14,917 nt of DNA from Candidatus Methylomirabilia bacterium (GTDB taxonomy: Bacteria; Methylomirabilota; Methylomirabilia; Rokubacteriales; CSP1-6): assembly GCA_041496385.1 (NCBI GenBank), contig JBGQEL010000105.1, positions 1 to 14,917 of the forward strand, in the 5' to 3' direction. The notes beneath the pieces were generated by a model, which worked only from the letters and a program-made list of their open reading frames with translations, was not told the DNA's origin and ran no database searches. The position numbers and the translations under genes were made by a program. Below are positions 1 through 7,026 of this stretch, piece after piece (the stretch's first letter is position 1; each line of letters opens with the position of its first letter).

Positions 1-740
1 AGCAGGAGACCGCCGAGGACGGCTCCGGGCAGGCTCCCCATGCCGCCGACGATGATGATGATGAACGCCTTCACCACTGGCAGCGCGCCCATCGTCGGAC
101 TCACGGCAAAGACCGGCGCCAGCAGCGCGCCGGCGGCCCCGGCGAGCGCGCACCCGATGCCGAAGCCGAGCGCGGACACCGCCTCGATGTTGACGCCCTG
201 CAACGCGGCGGCGTCGGCATCCTGGGCCACCGCTCGCATGGCCCGGCCGGCGCGAGTGAACGCGAGGAAGGCGTAGAGCGCGGCCATCAGCGCGATGGCC
301 GTGACGATGACGACCAGCCGCTCGCGCGAGATGACGAGGCCGAACCCCCGGACGACCCCGGACACCGCCGACGGCACCGCCTTGTCGAGCACGCCAAACG
401 CCAGCTGCGCCGAGGCCTGCAGTACCCAGAGTAGACCGAGCGACACGATGAACCCGTTGAGCGTTTTGCCGCGCAGGTGCCGGAACACGATCCGCTCGGC
501 GACCACCCCGGCCGCGCCCACGGCGAGGACGGCCAGGAGCAGCGCGAGGAAGTAGTTCAGGCCGAGGACGGCGAAGGTGTAGTACGTCACGAAGCCGCCG
601 AGCATGTAGAACTCGCCGTGGGCGAAATTGATGATGTCGAGGATCGAGAAGATCAGGGTCAGGCCGAGGGCGACGAGGATGTACACGACGGCCAGGCCGA
701 AGCCGTTGAGCGCGGACTGGATCAGCAGCTCGATCGACAT
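1..740 (-). CDS. livH: Branched-chain amino acid-type ABC transporter permease (LivH family), 3' end beyond window
   Basis: Not in the ORF track because it has no stop in the window. Manual translation from the ATG at 740 gives MSIELLIQSALNGFGLAVVYILVALGLTLIFSILDIINFAHGEFYMLG...KAFIIIIVGGMGSLPGAVLGGLL. The ALGLTLIF..INFAHGE and GGMGSLPGA motifs are typical of LivH. It follows a Liv-type binding protein. Confidence 0.93.
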   Translation of the reverse strand, partial: MSIELLIQSALNGFGLAVVYILVALGLTLIFSILDIINFAHGEFYMLGGFVTYYTFAVLGLNYFLALLLAVLAVGAAGVVAERIVFRHLRGKTLNGFIVSLGLLWVLQASAQLAFGVLDKAVPSAVSGVVRGFGLVISRERLVVIVTAIALMAALYAFLAFTRAGRAMRAVAQDADAAALQGVNIEAVSALGFGIGCALAGAAGALLAPVFAVSPTMGALPVVKAFIIIIVGGMGSLPGAVLGGLL

Positions 741-745
741 GCGTG

Positions 746-772
746 GCGCGGGGGGCCCCGCGCCCCCCGCGC
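746..772. promoter_or_regulatory. Intercistronic GC hairpin between the binding-protein and permease genes
   Basis: Perfect 11-bp stem GCGCGGGGGGC (746-756) / GCCCCCCGCGC (762-772) with a 5-nt loop, 5 nt upstream of the livH ATG. No U-tract. Confidence 0.6.
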
Positions 773-794
773 TCCCGTTCCTCGCCTGGCCGGG

Positions 795-1988
795 CTACTT
801 CTTCTTGAGGGCGGCCGGCAGGACCTGCGCGAGATCGACCACCTGGCCCCCGCGTACCTCGCTGATGACGAGCGGGTACAGGAACTGCCGGTCGATGCTG
901 TACGTCTCCTTGCCGCCGATCACGAGCGGGCCCCATACGGTCTCGAAGCGCTCCTTGGTGAGCACTTCCAGCACGCGGTCGGTGTCCACACTGCCGGCCC
1001 GCTGCATGGCCTGGGTGAAGACATCGAAGGCGGCGTAGTTCGCGACGGCGATGACGCCCGGAATCTCGCCGTACCGCTTCTCGTAAGCGTCGCCGAACTT
1101 GCGGACGGCGCTGTTGACGTGCTCGCTCTTGACGTTGATGTTGGCCGGGCTCCACACGCCCTCGGCCGCCTCGCGCCCGGCGACGCTGATGATCGTGAAC
1201 GGATTGGTCCCCGCCGTCCAGCCCTTGGCTCCCTTGAACCCAAGCTCCATCGCCTGCTTGAGGATCAGCCCGGCCTCGCCCGCCGGCGCCGCGGCCACGT
1301 CGATCATGTCCGGCTTCTGGGCGAGCATCTTGGTCAGGATCGGGTAGAAGTCCTTGGTGCCGCGCTCGTAGTACTCGTCGGCGGTCACCTCGAACCCGAG
1401 CCCCTTGAGGGCTTTGACGACCGCGGTGTTGGTGTCCTTGCCGCTGGTGTCGTTCGGCGAGATCGCCGCCACCCGCTTGACGCTCGGGTGGTTCTCCTTG
1501 ACCCAGCGGTAGAACGGCTCGGCCAGCTCCCACTGACTCAGCATCGAGCGGAAGGAGTAGGGCTTGTCGGCGGCGAGGTTGGAGGTCCCCCAGCAGACGA
1601 AGGCGAACAGGACCTTGTTCGGCTCGGTGATGGTCTGCGCGGCGTTGCACGTCGCGCCTACGGCATTGCCGATGATGTACTTGACCTTGTCCTGGAACAC
1701 GAGCTTGTTCGTCGCCGTCGCCGCCTCCGCCGCCTGGGCCTTGTGGTCGTACGCCACGAGCTTGATCTTGTAGACGTCGCCGCCGACCTTCAGGCCGCCC
1801 GCCTTGTTGATCTCATCGCTCTTGATCTCGGCACCGCGCTGCAGCTCGACGCCGTACGACGCCGCCCCGCCGGACAGAGGGCCGAGGACGCCGATCGGGA
1901 GCGTCTTCTCCGCCGCTGGCGCCGGACCGACACCGGCAAAGACCAGAACGAGGACGGCGAGCGCCGCGATGCTGCGTGGGGTCGTCAT
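795..1988 (-). CDS. ABC transporter substrate-binding protein, LivJ/LivK (leucine-binding) family
   Basis: 397 aa with a signal peptide (AALAVLVLVFAGVGPAPA/AEK), IGVLGPLSGGAASYG and EINKAGG motifs, and DFYPILTK. RBS AGGAGA overlaps the upstream stop. Confidence 0.93.
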   Translation of the reverse strand: MTTPRSIAALAVLVLVFAGVGPAPAAEKTLPIGVLGPLSGGAASYGVELQRGAEIKSDEINKAGGLKVGGDVYKIKLVAYDHKAQAAEAATATNKLVFQDKVKYIIGNAVGATCNAAQTITEPNKVLFAFVCWGTSNLAADKPYSFRSMLSQWELAEPFYRWVKENHPSVKRVAAISPNDTSGKDTNTAVVKALKGLGFEVTADEYYERGTKDFYPILTKMLAQKPDMIDVAAAPAGEAGLILKQAMELGFKGAKGWTAGTNPFTIISVAGREAAEGVWSPANINVKSEHVNSAVRKFGDAYEKRYGEIPGVIAVANYAAFDVFTQAMQRAGSVDTDRVLEVLTKERFETVWGPLVIGGKETYSIDRQFLYPLVISEVRGGQVVDLAQVLPAALKKK

Positions 1989-2000
1989 GGATGTCTCTCC

Positions 2001-3002
2001 TTAGCGGAATCTCGGAATGACGGTTTCGCCGAAGAACTGCAGCGCGCGCAGGACTCGCTCGTGGCTCGGGCCGCCGGGATGACGGAACCGGATCAGGAAG
2101 TAGTCGGCGCCGACCTCGCGGATCCAGGTCTGCACCCGCTCGATGCAATCGTCCGGCGAGCCGAGGATGAGGCGCTCGAGCGAGATGCGCTTGAGGTCGA
2201 GGTCTTCCTCGTTCTTGATGTCCTGGTAGTAGGAGCCGTGCCGCCAGTAATAGCGGTGCGTGCTCAGGAGTCCGGCCTCGTACTCGGCGATCGCCTGCTC
2301 CCGCGTGGCCGCCACGTAGCCCTCGCGGAACACGACCACCTTGTGCGGACGCCCGCGGCTCTCCGCCGTCGCCCGGTACAGCGCCACTCGGCGCTTGAGG
2401 CGGTCGGGCAGCTGGAAGGAATCGGCGAGCAGGGCGTCGGCCAGCCGGCCCGCGCGCTTCATCGGCTCATCGCCCAGCGCGGCGACCCAGATCGGCGGAT
2501 GCGGCTTCTGCACCGGCTTGGGCGTCACCATGATGTTCTGCAGCGTGTGGCGTTTGCCGACGAAGTAGACCTTCTCCTCCGTCCAGGCACGGCGCAGGAT
2601 CTCGATCCCCTCCTCGAACAGGGAGACACGGTCGCTCACCTTCAGCCCGTAGGCGGCGAAGTCGCCCTCCTGATAACCCTGGCCCACGCCGAGGATCAGG
2701 CGCCCCTTGGAGATGATGTCGATGACCGCGCAGTCTTCGGCCAGCCGCGTCGGGTGGTAGAGCGGCAGGATGGCGATACCGGTGCCGATGCGGATCCTCG
2801 ACGTACGGGCGGCGATCGCCGCCGCGAGCGGCAGCGGCGAGGGGAAGTAGCCGCTCGGCTCCTGGTGGTGCTCGGTGAGGAAGAACGAGTCGAAGCCGTA
2901 GCGCTCGGCCTGCTGGGCCTCAGCGATCACCTCATCCACCATCCGCGTGAGATCCGCGCCAGGCGCGGGATGCGTGTTCGCCATCACCCCGAACTGGATC
3001 AT
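2001..3002 (-). CDS. LLM-class (luciferase-like) flavin-dependent oxidoreductase
   Basis: 333 aa with AERYGFDSFFLTEHH, IAARTSRIRIGTGI, HPTRLAED..DIISKGRLILGVGQGY, PKPVQKPHPPIWVA and GSPDDCIE. RBS AGGGGAG. Confidence 0.93.
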   Translation of the reverse strand: MIQFGVMANTHPAPGADLTRMVDEVIAEAQQAERYGFDSFFLTEHHQEPSGYFPSPLPLAAAIAARTSRIRIGTGIAILPLYHPTRLAEDCAVIDIISKGRLILGVGQGYQEGDFAAYGLKVSDRVSLFEEGIEILRRAWTEEKVYFVGKRHTLQNIMVTPKPVQKPHPPIWVAALGDEPMKRAGRLADALLADSFQLPDRLKRRVALYRATAESRGRPHKVVVFREGYVAATREQAIAEYEAGLLSTHRYYWRHGSYYQDIKNEEDLDLKRISLERLILGSPDDCIERVQTWIREVGADYFLIRFRHPGGPSHERVLRALQFFGETVIPRFR

Positions 3003-3015
3003 CGCCGGGCTCCCC

Positions 3016-4434
3016 TCACTTCGCGCGCGTCTTGTCGAGCAGGCGACGGGCCTTGCCCTCGCGCCCGTAGGTGTATTCCTGGAGACTGCCCGCCGGGACC
3101 AGCGCGACCGTCACCCGGATCCCGAGATCGGACTTCAGGCGGTCCTCGAGGAGCCGGATGAGCGCCTCGCGGTCGGCGATGCCATCCTTCACCTCCACCT
3201 GCACGGTCATGTCATCGCGCACATCGAGACCCGATGTCGTGCGCTCGACGACGCAGAGCCACTCACCCGCGGTCCGGTCGTCGGACGTCACCGCGCGCAC
3301 GCAGGCCATCGGGAAGACGTTCGTGCCGCGAATCTTCACCATGTCGTCGCTGCGCCCGAGGAAGTGATCCATCCGCCGGGTGTAGCTGCCGCACCCGCAG
3401 CGCTGGCCGGTGTTGCCGACGATGCGGATGTAGTCACGAAGGTTGTAGCGGATCAGCGGCGGGTGGTGCCGGTAGAGGCTGGTGATGACCAGGTTGCCCT
3501 TCTCGCCGTCGGGGAGGATGGCGTCGGTGTCCACGTCGGCAACCTCGATGATGAACATGTCCTCCATGAGGTGCAGGCCGTCTTTCTCCTGGCACTCGAA
3601 CGCCGGCAGGCCGACCTCGTGGGTGCCGTAGTTGTCATAGACCGCGCAGTGCCAGGTCCCCTCCATCATCTTGCGCAGGCTGCCGTCGAGGTCGGGGCCG
3701 AGGAACGTGGCGATGAAACGCGTGTCGAGTCGTCGGAGGTCGAGTCCCTCCTGCTGGGCCACCGAGGCCAGATGCAACAGGTATTCGGGAAATCCCGCCC
3801 AGAGGTTCACGCCCCAGTCGAACGCGACCTCGAGCTGCCGCCGGCTCGGCGTGACGTTGCCGCTGCCCGTCGTCACCGGGACGATGCCCGACCAGTGGAG
3901 GCAGCTCAGGTAGTAGAACCAGCCGAGGTTCGCCGTCGACAACGTCGAGGGGATCTGCATGACATCGCCGGGACGGGCGCCCTGGATCCACAGGGCCCGC
4001 GAGCCCTGGATTCCCTGGATCTCCCATTCGAGCGGTGTGAAGAGTGTCGGCCGCGGCATCCCGGTGGTGCCGCCGCTCGACTGGATTTTGATCGGCACCC
4101 GGGCACGATCGGCCCGCGTGAGGCCCGGCTGCTCTCCGAACGGCGGATGCGTCTTGATGCTGTCCTTGAAATCTTCGACGGCGACCATCGGGAGCTTCGC
4201 CATGTCGTCCTTCGTCCGGACGTCCTGGCGACGCACGCCGTGCTCGCCCCACTTTCTCTGGTAAAAGGGATTCTTCCACGCCCAGTCGAGGATCTCCGGG
4301 AAGCGGCGGTTCTGCGTCTCCTCGATCTGCTTGCGATCATGGAGGAAGACGCTCTCGGCGTAGTCCTGCGACGGCGGATAATCGCGGACCAGCCTGTCGA
4401 AGTCGATGGCGCGGTAGTAGTACGGGACCGTCAT
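3016..4434 (-). CDS. Phenylacetate-CoA ligase (PaaK) family adenylate-forming enzyme, substrate unknown
   Basis: 472 aa with a P-loop-like SSGGTTGMPR, YGTHE, PLIRYNLRD, CGCG and GRSDDMVKIRGTNVFP. RBS AAGGGGAG. Confidence 0.88.
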   Translation of the reverse strand: MTVPYYYRAIDFDRLVRDYPPSQDYAESVFLHDRKQIEETQNRRFPEILDWAWKNPFYQRKWGEHGVRRQDVRTKDDMAKLPMVAVEDFKDSIKTHPPFGEQPGLTRADRARVPIKIQSSGGTTGMPRPTLFTPLEWEIQGIQGSRALWIQGARPGDVMQIPSTLSTANLGWFYYLSCLHWSGIVPVTTGSGNVTPSRRQLEVAFDWGVNLWAGFPEYLLHLASVAQQEGLDLRRLDTRFIATFLGPDLDGSLRKMMEGTWHCAVYDNYGTHEVGLPAFECQEKDGLHLMEDMFIIEVADVDTDAILPDGEKGNLVITSLYRHHPPLIRYNLRDYIRIVGNTGQRCGCGSYTRRMDHFLGRSDDMVKIRGTNVFPMACVRAVTSDDRTAGEWLCVVERTTSGLDVRDDMTVQVEVKDGIADREALIRLLEDRLKSDLGIRVTVALVPAGSLQEYTYGREGKARRLLDKTRAK

Positions 4435-4468
4435 ACGGCTCCCCTTCAGACCTCGCGTCGGTGGTGCG

Positions 4469-5257
4469 TCACGCCCGGCGCTGCCGGAAGCGCGAGAAGT
4501 TCGGCGGGCGCTTTTCGAGAAAGGCGCGTGCGCCCTCCTGCTGCTCTTCGGACCAGAACTCGGGCCCGGTCAGATACCGGCGTAGCTGGTCGCCCTGTCC
4601 CAGCAGATCGCTGAACTCCTCCACGAACGAGGCCTTGAGGATACGGAGGCACGTCGGTGACAGCGCCAGCAACTCGGCGCACCACCTGTGCACCTCGTCG
4701 TCGAGCTTCTCCATCGGGACGACGGCGTTCACGAGGCCCATCTCATGCGCCTGGCGCGCGGTGTAGCGTCGAGCCAGCATCCACATCTCGCGGGCCCGCT
4801 TGGCTCCCACCACTCTCGTGAGGTAGCTCACGATACCGCCACATGCCGGGCTCCCAATGCGCGGCCCATTTTGGCCGAAAATCGCGTGCTGCGCCGCGAT
4901 CGTGAAGTCGCAGAAGTAGGCGATGTGGTTTCCGGCGCCCACCGCGTAACCGTTCACCCGAGCAATGATCGGCTTCGGGCAGTGCGACAGCGTCTGGTGG
5001 AAGAGGTACGGTTCGAGGATTTGCCGTTCTAGCCCTCCCTCTTTTTCCCAGGTCACGTCGCCACCGGCGCAGAAGGCCTTGTCCCCCGCCCCAGTGAGGA
5101 CAATCACGCCCACCTCCGGGTCGGCTCCCGCACTCTCGATGGCGAGCGTCATCTCTCGCAGCGTATCGCCGGTGAACGCATTGTACTGCTTGGGCCGATT
5201 GATCGTCACCCGCGCGATCTGTGCATTTACATCGTAGAGGAGGTCCCGGTATGCCAT
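4469..5257 (-). CDS. Crotonase-superfamily enzyme of the MenB/BadI-like (C-C bond forming/cleaving) branch
   Basis: 262 aa from the ATG at 5257 (MAYRDLLYDV), which matches the usual family N-terminus better than the track start at 5326. Motifs: INRPKQYNAF, LTGAGDKAFCAGGD, PKPIIARVNGYAVG, FGQNGPRIGS, VGAKRAREMW, EGARAFLEKRPPNF. Confidence 0.88.
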   Translation of the reverse strand: MAYRDLLYDVNAQIARVTINRPKQYNAFTGDTLREMTLAIESAGADPEVGVIVLTGAGDKAFCAGGDVTWEKEGGLERQILEPYLFHQTLSHCPKPIIARVNGYAVGAGNHIAYFCDFTIAAQHAIFGQNGPRIGSPACGGIVSYLTRVVGAKRAREMWMLARRYTARQAHEMGLVNAVVPMEKLDDEVHRWCAELLALSPTCLRILKASFVEEFSDLLGQGDQLRRYLTGPEFWSEEQQEGARAFLEKRPPNFSRFRQRRA

Positions 5258-5376
5258 CTCTGTTCTCAGCGTCCACCAGCCCCCTTGGAGCAAGCGGGCG
5301 TGGCTGCGGAGGGTTCCCTGCACCAAGTGGTACGACCGATCCCGCGAACAGCAGCTCCCCAGAGGCCCGCACGCGT

Positions 5377-5424
5377 CACGTGGCGGGGCGGGCGGTGTCG
5401 CTTCGCCGGCCCGCCCCGCGCGTG
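5377..5424 (-). terminator. GC-rich hairpin immediately downstream of the haem-binding protein gene (possible terminator or stabiliser)
   Basis: 11-bp perfect core GCGGGGCGGGC (5383-5393) / GCCCGCCCCGC (5409-5419), extendable with CACG/CGTG. No U-tract. Confidence 0.5.
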
Positions 5425-5425
5425 C

Positions 5426-5938
5426 CTACTTCGTCAACGCGTCCGAGCCGGCCTTGGCGACCTGCGCATCCTGCTCGGACGTCGCGCCGGACACGCCGAC
5501 CGCGCCGACAATTTTGCCGTCCACCTGGATCGGGATCCCGCCCTCGAGCGGGCTGGCGCCGCTCAGTCTCAGCAGCCGGAGGTTGGCACCACCCTGGCCG
5601 ACGAGGTCCTGGAACACCTTGGTGGGGCGCCGGTAGAGGACCGCCGAGTACGCCTTGTCCTTGGCTGCTTCGATGCTGCCCAGCTGCGTGCCGTCCATGC
5701 GCGCGAGCATGACGAGGTGGCCGCCCGAATCGAGGACGGCGATGACCATGTTCCACTTGTTCTTCTTCGCCTCGGCCTCCGCGCCGGCCATCACTTTCTT
5801 GGCCTGCTCGAGGCTGATCGGGGCGCCATAGGGGATCTGGGGCGGCGGCGGCGCCACCGGCTGCTGGGCGCCAACCAGGACAGACGCGAACAGCAACACC
5901 GTTACGACAACTAGCGACACAAGCCTTGCCATCCTCAT
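5426..5938 (-). CDS. Secreted GlcG/HbpS-family haem-binding protein (DUF336-like)
   Basis: 170 aa from the ATG at 5938 with a strong RBS GGAGGA. Signal peptide (MRMARLVSLVVVTVLLFASVLVGA), then ISLEQAKK, IAVLDSGGHL..RMDG, AKDKAYSA, GGIPI..GKIVGAVGVSG and QDAQVA. Confidence 0.9.
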   Translation of the reverse strand: MRMARLVSLVVVTVLLFASVLVGAQQPVAPPPPQIPYGAPISLEQAKKVMAGAEAEAKKNKWNMVIAVLDSGGHLVMLARMDGTQLGSIEAAKDKAYSAVLYRRPTKVFQDLVGQGGANLRLLRLSGASPLEGGIPIQVDGKIVGAVGVSGATSEQDAQVAKAGSDALTK

Positions 5939-6186
5939 AGAGGTTCCTCCTGCTGGAAAGCGGACGTTGAAGGGATGACCGCCGAGTACCCCCGGCCGGC
6001 ACTTCCCCGGTTCCCGGCTGAGCCGTGGACAGGGTCGCGCGGGAGGTTCTACGCTTCTCCTTCCCCCTCGTGGTGGAGTCGTTCGATTCGCGGGCCCTTC
6101 TGCCGCCCCGCTCTCGGCGCACAGCGCCGACAACCCAGGCTATCTCCCGCGACCGTGGCGGTTCACCGCATTGGAAGAGTGCGCCG

Positions 6187-6216
6187 AGAGTAGCGCGCGG
6201 AACAAGAAGCGGTCAA
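6187..6216 (-). promoter_or_regulatory. Candidate sigma70 promoter for the haem-binding protein gene
   Basis: Minus strand TTGACC (6216-6211), 18-nt spacer, TACTCT (6192-6187). This would imply a 5' UTR of about 240 nt. Confidence 0.45.
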
Positions 6217-6350
6217 GGACAGATAGAAGTGTTTTCGGGATGCCCAGAATCCGCGTACAGGATGGTCGTCTTTTCGCGAGCGTCCCCGTCAAGTAGACAC
6301 TTCGAAGGTAGACTCCACGGGTCAAGAAGCTCTGGGATCTCGGATGTCAG

Positions 6351-7025
6351 TCAATTGATCGTCGGGAAGATGCCCTGCATGCAGATCGAGTAGGTCAGCC
6401 CGTTGGGCGCGACGCTCCGGAGGTCGGGAATCCCGAACGTCGTTTGTCCATTGCCTCCGTAGAGCGTGCCCAGGAGCGAGAAGAGCGCCGTGTTCTGGTT
6501 GATCGGGAGCAGCTGACCGTTCGCCTGCACACCGTTCGCGACGGAGCCGGCGCTGAGGATGATCTCCCCGAGCGTGCAGTCCCGTCCATGGCCGTTACGG
6601 GCCATGCTCGTGTCCGTACCGAATCTCGCGTCCGGGCTGACCGGGCCCGCGGGTCCCTGTGGGCCCTGGGGCCCCGTGGCCCCCTGCTGGCCCTGAAGTC
6701 CCTGCGCTCCCGTCGCGCCCGTCGCGCCCGTGAGCCCCTGGATGCCTTGCGCGCCGGTGGCGCCCGGCGGCCCCTGCACGCCCTGAGGTCCCTGCGGCCC
6801 GGCCGGTCCCTGCGGGCCCGGCGAGGGCAGATGGATCGCGAGCTGCGAGGCGTCGCAGTTCTGATTGGGAAAGACGAGCACGAAGCCCGCCGCACTGACG
6901 CAGGCGTGGATGACGGTGGGGTCGCCGCCGTGCGCCGCCGCCCGCGTCGGCGCGATCAGGGGGCTACAGGCAAACGCGACGACGAGGCCATACCAGCAGA
7001 ACCGCCGGACGAGAGCCGCAATCAT
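6351..7025 (-). CDS. Secreted collagen-like protein with a C-terminal phage tail-collar (MdpB-like) domain
   Basis: 224 aa from the ATG at 7025 with RBS AGGAGG. Signal peptide ending TRAAA/H, a small two-Cys domain (IHACVS...QNC), 20 uninterrupted G-X-Y triplets, then [40 protein letters not shown]...ICMQGIFP. Confidence 0.88.
   Translation of the reverse strand: MIAALVRRFCWYGLVVAFACSPLIAPTRAAAHGGDPTVIHACVSAAGFVLVFPNQNCDASQLAIHLPSPGPQGPAGPQGPQGVQGPPGATGAQGIQGLTGATGATGAQGLQGQQGATGPQGPQGPAGPVSPDARFGTDTSMARNGHGRDCTLGEIILSAGSVANGVQANGQLLPINQNTALFSLLGTLYGGNGQTTFGIPDLRSVAPNGLTYSICMQGIFPTIN
6639..6818 (-). repeat. Collagen G-X-Y repeat (20 triplets)
   Basis: [60 protein letters not shown]. Confidence 0.95.
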
Positions 7026-7026
7026 C

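Noticed and set aside
51..63. (GAT)4 microsatellite as a phase-variation tract
   Set aside because: It is an in-frame run of Ile codons in a LivH transmembrane helix.
1..3002. LLM, binding protein and livH share one reading frame (possible read-through fusion)
   Set aside because: Each has its own start, the binding protein has its own RBS and signal peptide, and the stops are ordinary TAA and TAG. A shared frame is expected by chance.
477..3161. 894-aa plus-strand ORF, and similar long ORFs at 2947-4614, 6865-8580, 8598-10538, 12561-13496 and 14040-14873
   Set aside because: These are antisense shadows of well-supported genes. High-GC codon usage rarely uses TTA/CTA/TCA, so the opposite strand lacks stops. 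They have no recognisable motifs.
4469..5257. Assignment as menB (menaquinone synthesis), or of the ligase as paaK
   Set aside because: The MenB catalytic Asp and Tyr appear absent, and no men or paa genes are adjacent, so symbols were withheld.
6076..6094. GTTCGATTC tRNA T-loop-like motif
   Set aside because: There is no 5-bp T-stem, acceptor stem or cloverleaf around it.
5939..6133. Upstream-extended starts in the ORF track (6133, also 5326, 7163 and 13553)
   Set aside because: Downstream ATGs at 5938, 5257, 7025 and 13481 fit the family N-termini, signal peptides or RBS better.
6100..6160. Glycine riboswitch-like GGAGA...CGCCGA on the minus strand
   Set aside because: It lacks the GAAG continuation and the CTCTCAGG element, so it is kept only as an unassigned structured region.
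6140..6325. 61-aa minus-strand ORF in the intergenic region
   Set aside because: TTG start, no RBS, atypical codon usage, and it overlaps promoter-like motifs.
6354..6578. Prophage or tailocin suggested by the tail-collar domain
   Set aside because: The window has no other phage structural, integrase or lysis genes, and the protein has a Sec-type signal peptide.
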